This document shows, piece by piece, positions 45,459-54,479 of a stretch of 55,783 nucleotides of DNA (the first letter of the stretch is position 1; each line of letters begins with the position of its first letter). The position numbers and the translations under genes were made by a program. The notes beneath the pieces were generated by a model, which did not search any database, was not told the origin of the DNA, and saw only the letters and a program-made list of their open reading frames with translations. The DNA is taken from the NCBI GenBank assembly GCA_046262475.1, contig JBHEMQ010000003.1, positions 1 through 55,783 on the forward strand, read 5' to 3'. The DNA comes from Candidatus Velthaea sp. Lineage in GTDB: Bacteria; Vulcanimicrobiota; Vulcanimicrobiia; Vulcanimicrobiales; Vulcanimicrobiaceae.

Positions 45459-47575
45459 GCTTGCGCGTATTCGTCGTCGTCGGTGCCAAAGGCGGCGTCG
45501 GCACGACCAGTGTCGCCATGCAACTGGCGGTCGACATGCCGTCCAGCGGTCAGCGATTCATCGTCGATGCGGATCTGGCGGGCCGCCGCAGCTTGGCGAC
45601 GTGGTACGACGTTGCCAAGGAACTCGACATCGCGCGCGTGCCCGGCTCGTGCGCGATGGCGCGCAAAGACGGCCTGTGCGTCGTCGAGCTCGCGCGCTCG
45701 TACGAGGACGGATTCAACGTCAGCCCGGAAGCCGTCGAAGAATTCGCCGAATCGCTGCCGCCGGACGGTCTCGTCATCGTCGACGCTCCGCAGCCGTTCG
45801 CGGCGACGGTGCGTCCGTTCATGATGAACGCTGCGAAAATCGTCGTCGTCACCGAACCCACGCTGCTCGGCGTTGGTTCCGCGCATGCGATGTTATCCGC
45901 GATGGACCGCTTTGGTATTCCGGCGGCGCGCATCGCTTTTACGCTGCAGGATCTGCGCGGCGCCGCCGAATTGCGTGCCCGCGAGATCCAAGAATCGTTG
46001 AATTACGCGATCGCCGCGGAGCTGCCGCCGGTACGCGACCGCAATTGGCCGCGCGCCTTCGGCCGGCTCCGCGACACGCTCGCGGCGACGCCCGAGCTTC
46101 CGATCATGACGCTGCGCGCATCCACCGCGCGCCCGATCGGCGACCGGCGCCAGGCGCGGCGTCCGACGCTCGCCGCCGTCGAGCCGGCGCACGTTGCCGG
46201 CGCGGCGTCCGTCCGCAGCGTCACCGGAGAAGTCGCGATGCGCGGAATAGGCGCATCGCCGCAGACGGCGGCGGCCGAGCGGCTCAAAACGGAATTGCAT
46301 GCGGCAATGCTGACGAAGATCGATTTCTTCGCGGCGGCACGCGCGCATACCGATGCGCAGAAACTCGCCGAACTGCGCCAACAAGTCAATGCGATCGCGG
46401 ACGAATTTCTCGCGGTGCGTAAGGACATCACGTCGGCCGAACAGGCAGCGCGTCTCCGGCACGAAGTGATCGAAGAGGCGCTCGGCCTCGGACCGCTCGA
46501 GAGTCTGCTCGACGAACCGGACATCAGCGAAATCATGGTGAACGGCCACGCGAACATTTTCGTGGAGCGCCGCGGTAAAATCGAGCGGACCGCCAAGCAA
46601 TTCGTCGACGACCGCCAAGTGCGGCTGGTCATCGAGCGGATCATCGCGCCGCTCGGCCGGCGCCTCGACGAATCGAGCCCGATGGTCGATGCGCGGCTAC
46701 CCGACGGCTCGCGCGTGAACGCGATCGTCGAGCCGCTCGCAATCGATGGACCAACCCTAACCATCCGGCGCTTCGGTACGAAGCGCTTCGGCATCGAGGC
46801 GATGCTCAAAGCCGGCTCGGTGACCGAACCGGTCGTGGACTTCTTGCGCGCGGCGGTCGAAGCACGCCTCAACATTCTCGTGAGCGGCGGCACCGGTTCC
46901 GGCAAAACGACGCTGCTCAACGCGCTCTCGGGATTCATTCCGAAAGACGACCGCATCGTGACGATCGAAGACGCCGCCGAGCTGAAGCTCGATCAGCCGC
47001 ACGTCGTACGCTTGGAATCGCGGCCGCCCAACCTCGAAGGGAAGGGCGCCATCACGATTCGCGAGCTGGTCCGCAACTCGCTGCGGATGCGGCCCGACCG
47101 CATCGTCGTCGGCGAGTGCCGTGGCGGCGAGGCGCTCGACATGCTGCAGGCGATGAATACCGGCCACGACGGTTCGCTGACGACGGTTCACGCCAATACG
47201 CCGCGCGACGCGCTCTCGCGCGTGGAGACGATGGTGCTGATGGCCGGTTTCGACTTGCCGGTACGCGCCATTCGCGAGCAAGTCGCCGGCGCGGTGAATC
47301 TTATCGTGCAAGTCGCACGCCTGCGCGACGGCTCGCGACGCGTCACCAGCGTCAGCGAAGTGGTCGGCATGGAAGGCGACGTCGTTACGATGCAGGAGTT
47401 GGTGCGCTACCATCAACGCGGCGTGGATTCGCAGGGCAAGGTCATGGGCGAATTCGAGCCGTGCGGCGTGCAGCCCAACTGCCTGCTGCGCTTCGAGGAG
47501 CTCGGCGTCGCGTACGATCCCGTCACCTTCAACGCCTCACCATCGCGACGTGCGGAGGCCGCATGGCTGCGCTAG
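45455..47575 (+). CDS. cpaF: Fusion protein: CpaE/TadZ-like atypical ParA/MinD ATPase domain plus CpaF/TadA secretion ATPase
   Basis: This is a single 706-aa frame with no stop. Residues 1-220 carry a deviant Walker [16 protein letters not shown] and LVIVDAP. The C-terminal 445 aa carry [22 protein letters not shown], Walker [27 protein letters not shown] and the His box [18 protein letters not shown]. The ATG overlaps the cpaB stop. Confidence 0.85.
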   Translation: MSLRVFVVVGAKGGVGTTSVAMQLAVDMPSSGQRFIVDADLAGRRSLATWYDVAKELDIARVPGSCAMARKDGLCVVELARSYEDGFNVSPEAVEEFAESLPPDGLVIVDAPQPFAATVRPFMMNAAKIVVVTEPTLLGVGSAHAMLSAMDRFGIPAARIAFTLQDLRGAAELRAREIQESLNYAIAAELPPVRDRNWPRAFGRLRDTLAATPELPIMTLRASTARPIGDRRQARRPTLAAVEPAHVAGAASVRSVTGEVAMRGIGASPQTAAAERLKTELHAAMLTKIDFFAAARAHTDAQKLAELRQQVNAIADEFLAVRKDITSAEQAARLRHEVIEEALGLGPLESLLDEPDISEIMVNGHANIFVERRGKIERTAKQFVDDRQVRLVIERIIAPLGRRLDESSPMVDARLPDGSRVNAIVEPLAIDGPTLTIRRFGTKRFGIEAMLKAGSVTEPVVDFLRAAVEARLNILVSGGTGSGKTTLLNALSGFIPKDDRIVTIEDAAELKLDQPHVVRLESRPPNLEGKGAITIRELVRNSLRMRPDRIVVGECRGGEALDMLQAMNTGHDGSLTTVHANTPRDALSRVETMVLMAGFDLPVRAIREQVAGAVNLIVQVARLRDGSRRVTSVSEVVGMEGDVVTMQELVRYHQRGVDSQGKVMGEFEPCGVQPNCLLRFEELGVAYDPVTFNASPSRRAEAAWLR

Positions 47576-48420
47576 CGCCGTACGCCATTCTCGGCGGCGC
47601 GGTCGGCGCGATCGCGCTGCTGTTCGCCGGCTTGTGGGAACCGCTGTTCGCGCGCGCCGGAAAAGTCGGCGTGCGCTTCACCGCCGGCCTGGAGGCCGCG
47701 GGCATGAAAACCGAACCCCAGCAGTTCGTTCTCGTGCTTGCCGGCACGGGACTGGCGGTGTGGATCGCCTTGCTGCTCGTGATTCGGCCGACGCCGCTCG
47801 TCGCGGTCGTGCTGCTGGTCGCGATGCTGGCGTGCACGGCCTACGCCGGGCGATTGTATTTGCGCAGACGGTGCGCGAAGCGCATCGAGGCGTTCCGCGA
47901 TCAGCTCGAAGGCGCGCTGCGCACGCTGGCTGGCGGCGTCCGCGTCGGGCTCGGCATCCGTCAGGCGCTCGTGCTCACGAGCGAGCAAAGCCGCGAGCCG
48001 GCAAAGTCGGAATTCATGCGGGTTGTGGGACTGAGCAACGTCGGGCTGTCGATTTTGGACGCGTTCGATCAACTCGCATTGCGCATGACCAATACCGAAA
48101 CCGCCGTTCTCGCGCGCGTGATCCGCGTGCAGTCGCAAACCGGCGGCGACCTCGGCAGCGTGCTCGAGGGGCTTGCGGGCACGATTCGCGACCGCCGCCG
48201 CCTGCGGCGCAGGGTCAGCGCGATCACGGCACAAGGCCGGGCCACCGCGTGGCTCCTCGGATTGCTGCCTCTGGCCGTCGGCGCCTTCGTGCTGACGCAA
48301 GCCGAACTGCGCGATGCGATGCTCGGCAGCATCATCGGCCGCACGTTTCTCGGCATCGCGTTGTTTCTCGATGCCCTCGCGGTCTTCACCCTCGGCAAAA
48401 TTGCGAGAATCGATCCGTGA
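47563..48420 (+). CDS. tadB: Tad pilus inner-membrane platform protein TadB (T2SS F family)
   Basis: Track ORF 47116-48420 trimmed to the ATG at 47563. The protein is 285 aa. It has a TM helix, a cytoplasmic T2SSF domain (FRDQLEGALRTLAGGVRVGLGIRQAL) and C-terminal TM helices. Confidence 0.85.
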   Translation: MAALAPYAILGGAVGAIALLFAGLWEPLFARAGKVGVRFTAGLEAAGMKTEPQQFVLVLAGTGLAVWIALLLVIRPTPLVAVVLLVAMLACTAYAGRLYLRRRCAKRIEAFRDQLEGALRTLAGGVRVGLGIRQALVLTSEQSREPAKSEFMRVVGLSNVGLSILDAFDQLALRMTNTETAVLARVIRVQSQTGGDLGSVLEGLAGTIRDRRRLRRRVSAITAQGRATAWLLGLLPLAVGAFVLTQAELRDAMLGSIIGRTFLGIALFLDALAVFTLGKIARIDP

Positions 48421-49271
48421 GTGCCGTTTCGCCATTCAGCATTTCCATTTGCGCCGCCGTCTCCGCGTTCTTGCTATTCCTGTCGGCGTTTCCGGCGCGC
48501 AGCCCGATGGCCAAGCGTTTGAAGAAGCTCGAGCGGGTCAGTGAAAAAACCGTCTCGCAACGCGTTACCGTCATTGAGAACATCATCAGCAAAGAGCGCC
48601 ACTCGCGCCTGCAGCAGCGCCTGATCGAGGCCGGCTGGTACGGGGTGACGCCGCTCGCGATGGTCGCACGCGGTGTCGGAGCGCTCGGCATCGGCGTCGT
48701 CGCCGCCACGCTCTTCCTCGTCTTTGCAAAGAACAACGCGCTCGGCATGCTGGTCGGCGGATTCACGGCGCTGGTCGCGTGGCGCATTCCGAGCATGATG
48801 CTCGCGCGAGCCGTCAAAGCGCGCAAAGAAAACATCCAGCGCGAACTGCCGGACTTCTTGGATCTGCTCGCGACGACCGTGCAGGCGGGCCTCGCGCTCA
48901 ACGCAGCGCTGGTGCACGCCGCCGACGCGACGCACGGCGCCCTCAAAGCCGAAATTCAATCGATGCTTGCGGAGGTGCGCCTCGGACGGCCGCGCGCCGA
49001 TGCGTTGCAGGCGATGGCCGAGCGCATCAACGAAGAAGCCACGAGCACGACGGTCACCGCGCTCGTGCAAGCCGAGCGGCTCGGCTCGAACTTGAGCGAC
49101 GTGCTGCAAGAGTTGGCCAAGGAAACGCGCGACCGCCGTTGGATGCGCGCGGAGGAAAAAGCCGCGCAGCTTCCCGTGAAGATGATCTTGCCGATGGCGC
49201 TCTTCATGATACCGTCGCTGTACATGATGATCTTCGGGCCGGTCGTCGCGCGCCTCGTGCTTCGCCAATGA
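48417..49271 (+). CDS. tadC: Tad pilus inner-membrane platform protein TadC (T2SS F family)
   Basis: Track ORF 47550-49271 trimmed to GTG 48417 (GTGA overlap with tadB). The T2SSF domain is LPDFLDLLATTVQAGLALNAAL...LPVKMILPMALFMIPSLYMMIFGP. Confidence 0.85.
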   Translation: MSAVSPFSISICAAVSAFLLFLSAFPARSPMAKRLKKLERVSEKTVSQRVTVIENIISKERHSRLQQRLIEAGWYGVTPLAMVARGVGALGIGVVAATLFLVFAKNNALGMLVGGFTALVAWRIPSMMLARAVKARKENIQRELPDFLDLLATTVQAGLALNAALVHAADATHGALKAEIQSMLAEVRLGRPRADALQAMAERINEEATSTTVTALVQAERLGSNLSDVLQELAKETRDRRWMRAEEKAAQLPVKMILPMALFMIPSLYMMIFGPVVARLVLRQ

Positions 49272-49885
49272 TGACGGCGGCGGTGACGGCGCTTTGCGCG
49301 CTGCTCTTCGGCGCTGCGGCGTTCGCGGGAACGCTGCTCGCGCAACTGTTGTGCGGCGGCCGCGTTCCCTACGACGATGGTCCCGCCCCGGTCGCATTTC
49401 GCCGCCGCGCGTTCGCGCTCGCCGGCGCCTGCGCCGGCAGCGCCGTTGCGCTGCACGGCGTCTCCGCGCCGCACGTCGCACTGCTGCTCATCGTCGTGAT
49501 GGCGCTCGCCGGCTGTGCCGCGGCGGATTTCGCGTGCGGCATGCTGCCCAACGTGCTCACCCTCGGACCGCTCGCGTTGATCGTCGCAGTCGCGCTTGCG
49601 GCGCACGATTTGGTACCGGCCTTCAGCGCCGTCTTCATCGCTGCGCCGTTTGCCGCGGCCGCGGTGTTCTCGCGCGGGCGCGGCATGGGCTGGGGGGACG
49701 TAAAGCTCGCAGCGCTCGGCGGCGCCGTCCTGGGCGCGCGTGATGCGACGCTCGCTTTGACGGTCGCGGCGCTGGTCGCCTACATCGTCGCGCGACGAGC
49801 CGGCGCCGCGCGTCGTCCCGTCGCCTTCGGACCCTACCTTGCTGCTTCGATCGTCGCGATGCTGGCGGTCGTGAGGACGAATTAA
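49268..49885 (+). CDS. Second A24 prepilin peptidase (PilD-like core, no methyltransferase domain)
   Basis: Track ORF 48779-49885 trimmed to the ATG at 49268 (ATGA overlap with tadC). The protein is 205 aa. Asp contexts are AAADFACGMLPN and GMGWGDVKLAALGG. The C-terminal motif is VAFGPYLAAS. Confidence 0.75.
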   Translation: MMTAAVTALCALLFGAAAFAGTLLAQLLCGGRVPYDDGPAPVAFRRRAFALAGACAGSAVALHGVSAPHVALLLIVVMALAGCAAADFACGMLPNVLTLGPLALIVAVALAAHDLVPAFSAVFIAAPFAAAAVFSRGRGMGWGDVKLAALGGAVLGARDATLALTVAALVAYIVARRAGAARRPVAFGPYLAASIVAMLAVVRTN

Positions 49886-49886
49886 G

Positions 49887-50246
49887 ATGCCGCTGCTGCG
49901 CAATGCGACCACCGGAACGATCGTCGCTACGCGAATCGATCCGCTCTCCACATTCTTCCAGCGCGCGGTAGGATTGCTTGCGCGTACGGCGATGCGGCCC
50001 GATGAAGGCGTCTGGATCCGCCGCTGCGGCGCGATCCACACGATTGGGATGCGCGTTCCGATCGACGTCATTTTCGTCGACGGCGACAGCCGCGTGATGC
50101 GCACCGTGGCCGATGTGCCGCCGAACCGTTTGGCGCTCAGCTGCCGCGGGGCGGAAGCCGTCGTCGAACTCGGCAGCGGTGCCTTGCGCGAGTGCGACGT
50201 TCTGCCGGGAGATACGCTGGAGCTCGTTCCGGGAAAGTTCGGTTAG
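49887..50246 (+). CDS. DUF192 (COG1430) family protein
   Basis: 119 aa. It starts 1 nt after the peptidase stop. The motif is AVGLLARTAMRPDEGVWIRRCGAIHTIGMRVPIDVIFVDGDSRV. Confidence 0.75.
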   Translation: MPLLRNATTGTIVATRIDPLSTFFQRAVGLLARTAMRPDEGVWIRRCGAIHTIGMRVPIDVIFVDGDSRVMRTVADVPPNRLALSCRGAEAVVELGSGALRECDVLPGDTLELVPGKFG

Positions 50247-51616
50247 CGCGGCTTGACGGCGATGGTGCGCAGCACCGTTTCTTCCGATCCGTTGCGCGTG
50301 TAGCGCACGACGAGCGAGTACGTCTGCGTCTTGGGCTCCGCGGGCACGGGCAGGACGGCCCGGACGGCGCCGGGCGCAACGGCGGTTTCGGCCAGCGTTT
50401 CGCCGGTCTCGTCCTGCAATTCCACGTGCGTGGGATTCGCGCGCGGCGTTAGCCGCAAGCGCAGCGGGCGCCCGGCCACGGCGCGGCCGTCGAGTGCGAC
50501 GATTCCCGCGCTCGCGGCTTGGGCGGAAACCGCGTCGACGGGCGTGACGGCTTCGGGCCGCGCCGTCTCATCGGGCGCGGTATCCGCAACGGCGGCCGGT
50601 GCGAGCACGACGCTAGCGACCGCAGTACTCGAACCGCGGCGCGCGACGATCTTTGCGACGAGCTGCGCGTTGCGATACGCCGCGCCGACGCGGATGCGGC
50701 TCGTTCCGACGTGCGCGAAGGGCGCCGACGCAATGCGTTTGCCCGTCATATCCTGCAGCGCGATCGTACCGTTGTCCGCAACGGCCATGTACGAAGCGAG
50801 AATCGTCTCGCCGGCGGCGTCTTGGTCGCGCCGCACGGCAAACGAGAGCACGCGTGCGGGAGCGCTCGGCTTCGCGACCGGCGCGGGCTCGGAAACCGCG
50901 AACGATGCGTCGGCCACGACGGCGCCCAGGGGACCGTGTTGCGTCACCGCGACGGAAATCCGGCGCCGGGCCGATGCCGCGGGGAGCATCAGCGGGATTT
51001 CACCCGTGGGCGCGGCGAGCGTTCCGGCAGCGATCGGTGTGCCGTCGTCGAATGCGGCGGCGTACGCGACTGCGCCGTAGCCGCGTGTCACGTACGCAAC
51101 GCGTGCCGCCGATCCCGCGACGGCGCGTGCGGGCGGCGTGATGAGCGGCGTTTGCGGAAGCGCCGTCGCGGCGAAGGCGCCGCCCAAGGCGACCATGCCG
51201 GCGCCGAGCGTTATGCCGGCGATCTTGAGCGCAGGCGTGCGGCGCGCCCGCACCGGCTTGGGCGCTTCGACGCGCAGCAACACGCCATGCGAACGAATTT
51301 CCAAATACACCGACTCATATGCGGCGCCGCGGGCACGCGGAACGCCGACGCGGGCGCTGCCGACGGCACCCGGAGCGACCGCCAGACCACCGAGTTCGAC
51401 GGCGTCGCCGCCGCTAAGAACGCCGACGAGCCGCCCGGTCACGTCGCGTTCGAGCGAGGCGAGCCGAAGCAGATACATCGCGGACCCGCTGCGCCGGTCG
51501 GCCGGTGAAATCCGGACATCCGCGGCGATGCCGTCCGAGGCGAACTGCACGACATTCGACCGCGCGTGTGCGGACGGTACGAGCGCGTTCGCTTCGGGCT
51601 CGCGCGCGGCGATCAT
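50243..51616 (-). CDS. Single-pass membrane protein: cytoplasmic beta-rich N-domain, TM helix, about three extracytoplasmic Ig-like repeats
   Basis: Track ORF 50243-52567 trimmed to the ATG at 51616, which overlaps the regulator stop (ATGA). The TM helix is ALKIAGITLGAGMVALGGAFAATAL. The upstream 317 codons of the track ORF are Arg-rich and overlap the regulator gene in another frame. Confidence 0.55.
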   Translation of the reverse strand: MIAAREPEANALVPSAHARSNVVQFASDGIAADVRISPADRRSGSAMYLLRLASLERDVTGRLVGVLSGGDAVELGGLAVAPGAVGSARVGVPRARGAAYESVYLEIRSHGVLLRVEAPKPVRARRTPALKIAGITLGAGMVALGGAFAATALPQTPLITPPARAVAGSAARVAYVTRGYGAVAYAAAFDDGTPIAAGTLAAPTGEIPLMLPAASARRRISVAVTQHGPLGAVVADASFAVSEPAPVAKPSAPARVLSFAVRRDQDAAGETILASYMAVADNGTIALQDMTGKRIASAPFAHVGTSRIRVGAAYRNAQLVAKIVARRGSSTAVASVVLAPAAVADTAPDETARPEAVTPVDAVSAQAASAGIVALDGRAVAGRPLRLRLTPRANPTHVELQDETGETLAETAVAPGAVRAVLPVPAEPKTQTYSLVVRYTRNGSEETVLRTIAVKPR

Positions 51617-53118
51617 GCCGTCGCCGCGTCGGCTTCCGCGAATGCCTCGAGCGCGTGCCGCCGCGCATCCTCGGCGTTGCAGGCGATCAATTCGCGCGCA
51701 TACTCGCGAGCGGTTGCGAGATCGCCGAGGGCCGCGTAGAGTTCCGTCAACCGCGTGAGCGCGAAAACGTTGTTGCGCCGAAGGGATTCCGCGTCGCGCG
51801 CGAAGCAGCGCTCGGGAGCCTCCATCGCGAGCAGATGATCGCGGTAGATGCGATGCGCCGAACGGTAGTGATGCTTCGCACCTTCCACGGCGCCGATCGC
51901 ATCGTCGAGACGCCCCTGTTCGACGTGATCCATGAAGCGCCGCGCGTCGACGGCCACGGCGGTGAGGTCGAGGCGAATGTCGCCGGCGGTATCGAAATAG
52001 CGCCGTGGATCGATATCCGGTACCGCCTCGGAGATCGAGCGGCGGATGCGGCTCAGCGTTATGCGCAAACCCTGTGCGGCGACCCGGCGATCCGTGCCGG
52101 GCCAAAACGCTTGCAGCAAACGTTCGCGCGTGGTGCGCCCTTCGGCGGCGAGCGCGACGAAGACGAAGACGTGTTCGTCGCGGCGACGCGCGAAGACGAC
52201 GGGCCGGCCGCCGATTTCGCAGCGGAAGCGGCCGAGGACGTTCAACATCATCAAGCGCGCGACCGAGGTCGCAGCGGTTTCCGGCTCGGCACTTCCGGCA
52301 GGCGCGGACAGGCGCGCGAGGATGCGGTACGGTCGCACGGCGCTGCGCGTGCGCACGAGCGGCAATCCGACTTGTTCCAAACGGTCGAGCTCGAACCGGT
52401 CCTCGCCCCCGCCGCGCAGCAATCGCTGAAACGAAGCGAAGGCGTCGGCGTCCTCGTGGCGTTCGCTGGAGACGAATTCCAGCAGCAAGTGGCCGTTGCG
52501 TTCGCACCAGCGGTTGAATGCGTCGCGCAGCCGGCGCCCGGTTTCGGCCGCATCGCGCACGATCCATTGAGCGGCCACGGGCCAGCCTTCCGTGTCGTGC
52601 AGCAACTGCGCGATGTCGTGCTCGTCGTGTGCGACCTCGAAGGCATCGGCGAGAGCTGCGAGTTCGGCCGAGTCAAACGCAAGGTCCACCGCCTGGAATG
52701 CGGTCGCGAGGCCGCGCGCGAGCAGCGCGTGGGCGTGTAGCCGGCGCCGCGAACGCCCGGCAAGGATCAAGCGCGGCCGCACAGCGCCTTCAGCGATGTC
52801 ATCGACGAGTTCTTGGTAGGCCTCGGGAGCGGCGCGGTCTGCGCCATCGAGGATCACTTCATCGGCGGGACGGCTGTCGTCCAGCATGCGCTGCAAGGCC
52901 GCGCGGTCCGCGCCGGCGGGAACGCGGACGTACGCGACGCGCTCGGGATGCCGCGCGGCGTAGTGCTTCAGCGCGAGCGTTTTGCCTGCGCCCAACGGGG
53001 CGACGACGATGCGGACGGCCGCGTGTCCGGCGGCCTCGAACCACGCGGCAACTCTGGGGCGGTCGATCTCGCCGCGAGATCGTGCGCAACTCGGCGCTTC
53101 AACCTCTGCACAGGGCAT
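51613..53118 (-). CDS. Transcriptional regulator: N-terminal P-loop NTPase plus C-terminal SARP-type winged helix and BTAD domain
   Basis: 501 aa. Walker A is VVAPLGAGKT and Walker B-like is EVILDGAD. The wHTH is LNVLGRFRCEIGGRPVVF...RERLLQAFWPG...LRITLSRIRRSI. The BTAD-like helices are VDARRFMDHVEQG...LTELYAALGDLATAREYAREL. Confidence 0.75.
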   Translation of the reverse strand: MPCAEVEAPSCARSRGEIDRPRVAAWFEAAGHAAVRIVVAPLGAGKTLALKHYAARHPERVAYVRVPAGADRAALQRMLDDSRPADEVILDGADRAAPEAYQELVDDIAEGAVRPRLILAGRSRRRLHAHALLARGLATAFQAVDLAFDSAELAALADAFEVAHDEHDIAQLLHDTEGWPVAAQWIVRDAAETGRRLRDAFNRWCERNGHLLLEFVSSERHEDADAFASFQRLLRGGGEDRFELDRLEQVGLPLVRTRSAVRPYRILARLSAPAGSAEPETAATSVARLMMLNVLGRFRCEIGGRPVVFARRRDEHVFVFVALAAEGRTTRERLLQAFWPGTDRRVAAQGLRITLSRIRRSISEAVPDIDPRRYFDTAGDIRLDLTAVAVDARRFMDHVEQGRLDDAIGAVEGAKHHYRSAHRIYRDHLLAMEAPERCFARDAESLRRNNVFALTRLTELYAALGDLATAREYARELIACNAEDARRHALEAFAEADAATA

Positions 53119-53237
53119 GAGCAGCCTTTCAAGGGACCTGATGGTCTCTTACAAAGGTCGTCATGTCGCGCCCCACGCTTGAGCCCTAGGCGCCCTTACG
53201 TGCGCTCTGTGCGACGCGTCACGCCTCCCGGCGCCGC

Positions 53238-54320
53238 CTAAATGAGCGAGATCGTCGGTTTCAGTTTCGGCTGTGCTGCCAAGACGCGCTGTAGCGACGC
53301 GGCCAGTTCGTCGAGCACCGGATCGTCGATTTCCTCGACCCGGCCCGCGTCCGCGGATTCCACGAGGCGCGGGTCGATCGGCAAACGCGCGAGCATCGGC
53401 GCGCCGGCCAGTTCGGCGACTTGATCGGCATAGGACGGACCGAATACGTCATACCGCCGGCCCGTATCCGGCGCGACGAAGTACGACATGTTTTCGATCA
53501 CGCCCAAAATCGGTTTTTTGAGTTGGTGGATGAGATTCGCTGCTTTGCGCACGATCATCGTCGCGAGGCGCTGCGGCATCGTGACGAGGATGACGCCGTC
53601 GATATCGAGCGATTGCAGAACGGTCAGCGGTGCGTCCGACGTGCCGGGCGGAAGGTCGATCAGCAGCACGTCGAGGTCACTCCACAACACCTGTTCGTAG
53701 AATTGGCGGATGACGCCGGAGAGAATCGGGCCCCGCCAAATCATCGCGGTGTCTTCTTTATCGGTGAGCAGGTTCGAGCTGACGATCTCGATCGCCGAGC
53801 GGGAACGCGCCGGCACCATGAGCGGTTTCGGCTGCTGACCCGCGGGCACGCTCGGATCGCTTTCGATCGCGAGCGGCGTCGTGAGGCCGAAAAGCCGCGG
53901 GATCGACGGCCCGGTGATGTCCGCGTCGAGAATGCCGACGCGTTTGCCGGCGCGCCGTAGGCCGACCGCAAGCAGCGCGGTTGTGAGCGATTTGCCGACG
54001 CCGCCCTTGCCGGACATCACGGCGACGACGTTCTTGAACGACGCGCGGCGCGCGAACGCGCCGGGCGCCTTGCGCGCCGGCTGCCGGTCCTCGTTCATGA
54101 TCGACGGCACGCGACCCGACAAGCGCGCCTGCGTCAGCGCCGCGAGAATCGGCTCGACGCGCAAGCCGTGCGATTTCGCACCCGCGGCGATGGTTTCGTA
54201 CTTGTTCACGCCGCAGCCCGAGCATTTGAGCCCGAATTCTTGCAGCACGTCCTGGGCAATCGGCAGCGCGTCAACCAGTGCGCGAATGTTCGTTTCCGGA
54301 GTGATAGTGAATGTCGTCAT
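53238..54320 (-). CDS. apbC: Mrp/NBP35 (ApbC) Fe-S cluster carrier ATPase with an N-terminal DUF1858-like domain
   Basis: Track ORF 53238-55430 trimmed to the ATG at 54320 (MTTFTITPETNIRALVDALPIAQDVLQEFGLKCSGCG). Walker A is VMSGKGGVGKS. Other motifs are LLIDLPPGTSD and IENMSYF. Confidence 0.9.
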   Translation of the reverse strand: MTTFTITPETNIRALVDALPIAQDVLQEFGLKCSGCGVNKYETIAAGAKSHGLRVEPILAALTQARLSGRVPSIMNEDRQPARKAPGAFARRASFKNVVAVMSGKGGVGKSLTTALLAVGLRRAGKRVGILDADITGPSIPRLFGLTTPLAIESDPSVPAGQQPKPLMVPARSRSAIEIVSSNLLTDKEDTAMIWRGPILSGVIRQFYEQVLWSDLDVLLIDLPPGTSDAPLTVLQSLDIDGVILVTMPQRLATMIVRKAANLIHQLKKPILGVIENMSYFVAPDTGRRYDVFGPSYADQVAELAGAPMLARLPIDPRLVESADAGRVEEIDDPVLDELAASLQRVLAAQPKLKPTISLI

Positions 54321-54479
54321 GCGCGCGAGCCTCAGCCTTTCAAAGGGAGCAGGCCCACGCCGCCGCCGGCAGCGCTTATCGCCCGCCATCATAACATCCG
54401 CGCCGCTCGCATTGGGTGCATGGGCGCCGAACGGACCGGTCGCAGAAGAGCCGAGCGGCGCCGCGCGCAAACACGCGCA

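Noticed and set aside
44340-48416. Upstream extensions of track ORFs for cpaB (44340), tadB (47116) and tadC (47550)
   Set aside because: The extensions are Arg-rich and overlap the preceding well-supported genes. Internal starts at 44589, 47563 and 48417 coincide with the upstream stop codons.
51617-52567. N-terminal 317 codons of track ORF 50243-52567 (774 aa)
   Set aside because: The sequence is Arg-rich low complexity and overlaps the NTPase-SARP regulator in another frame. An ATG at 51616 overlapping the regulator stop gives a coherent protein.
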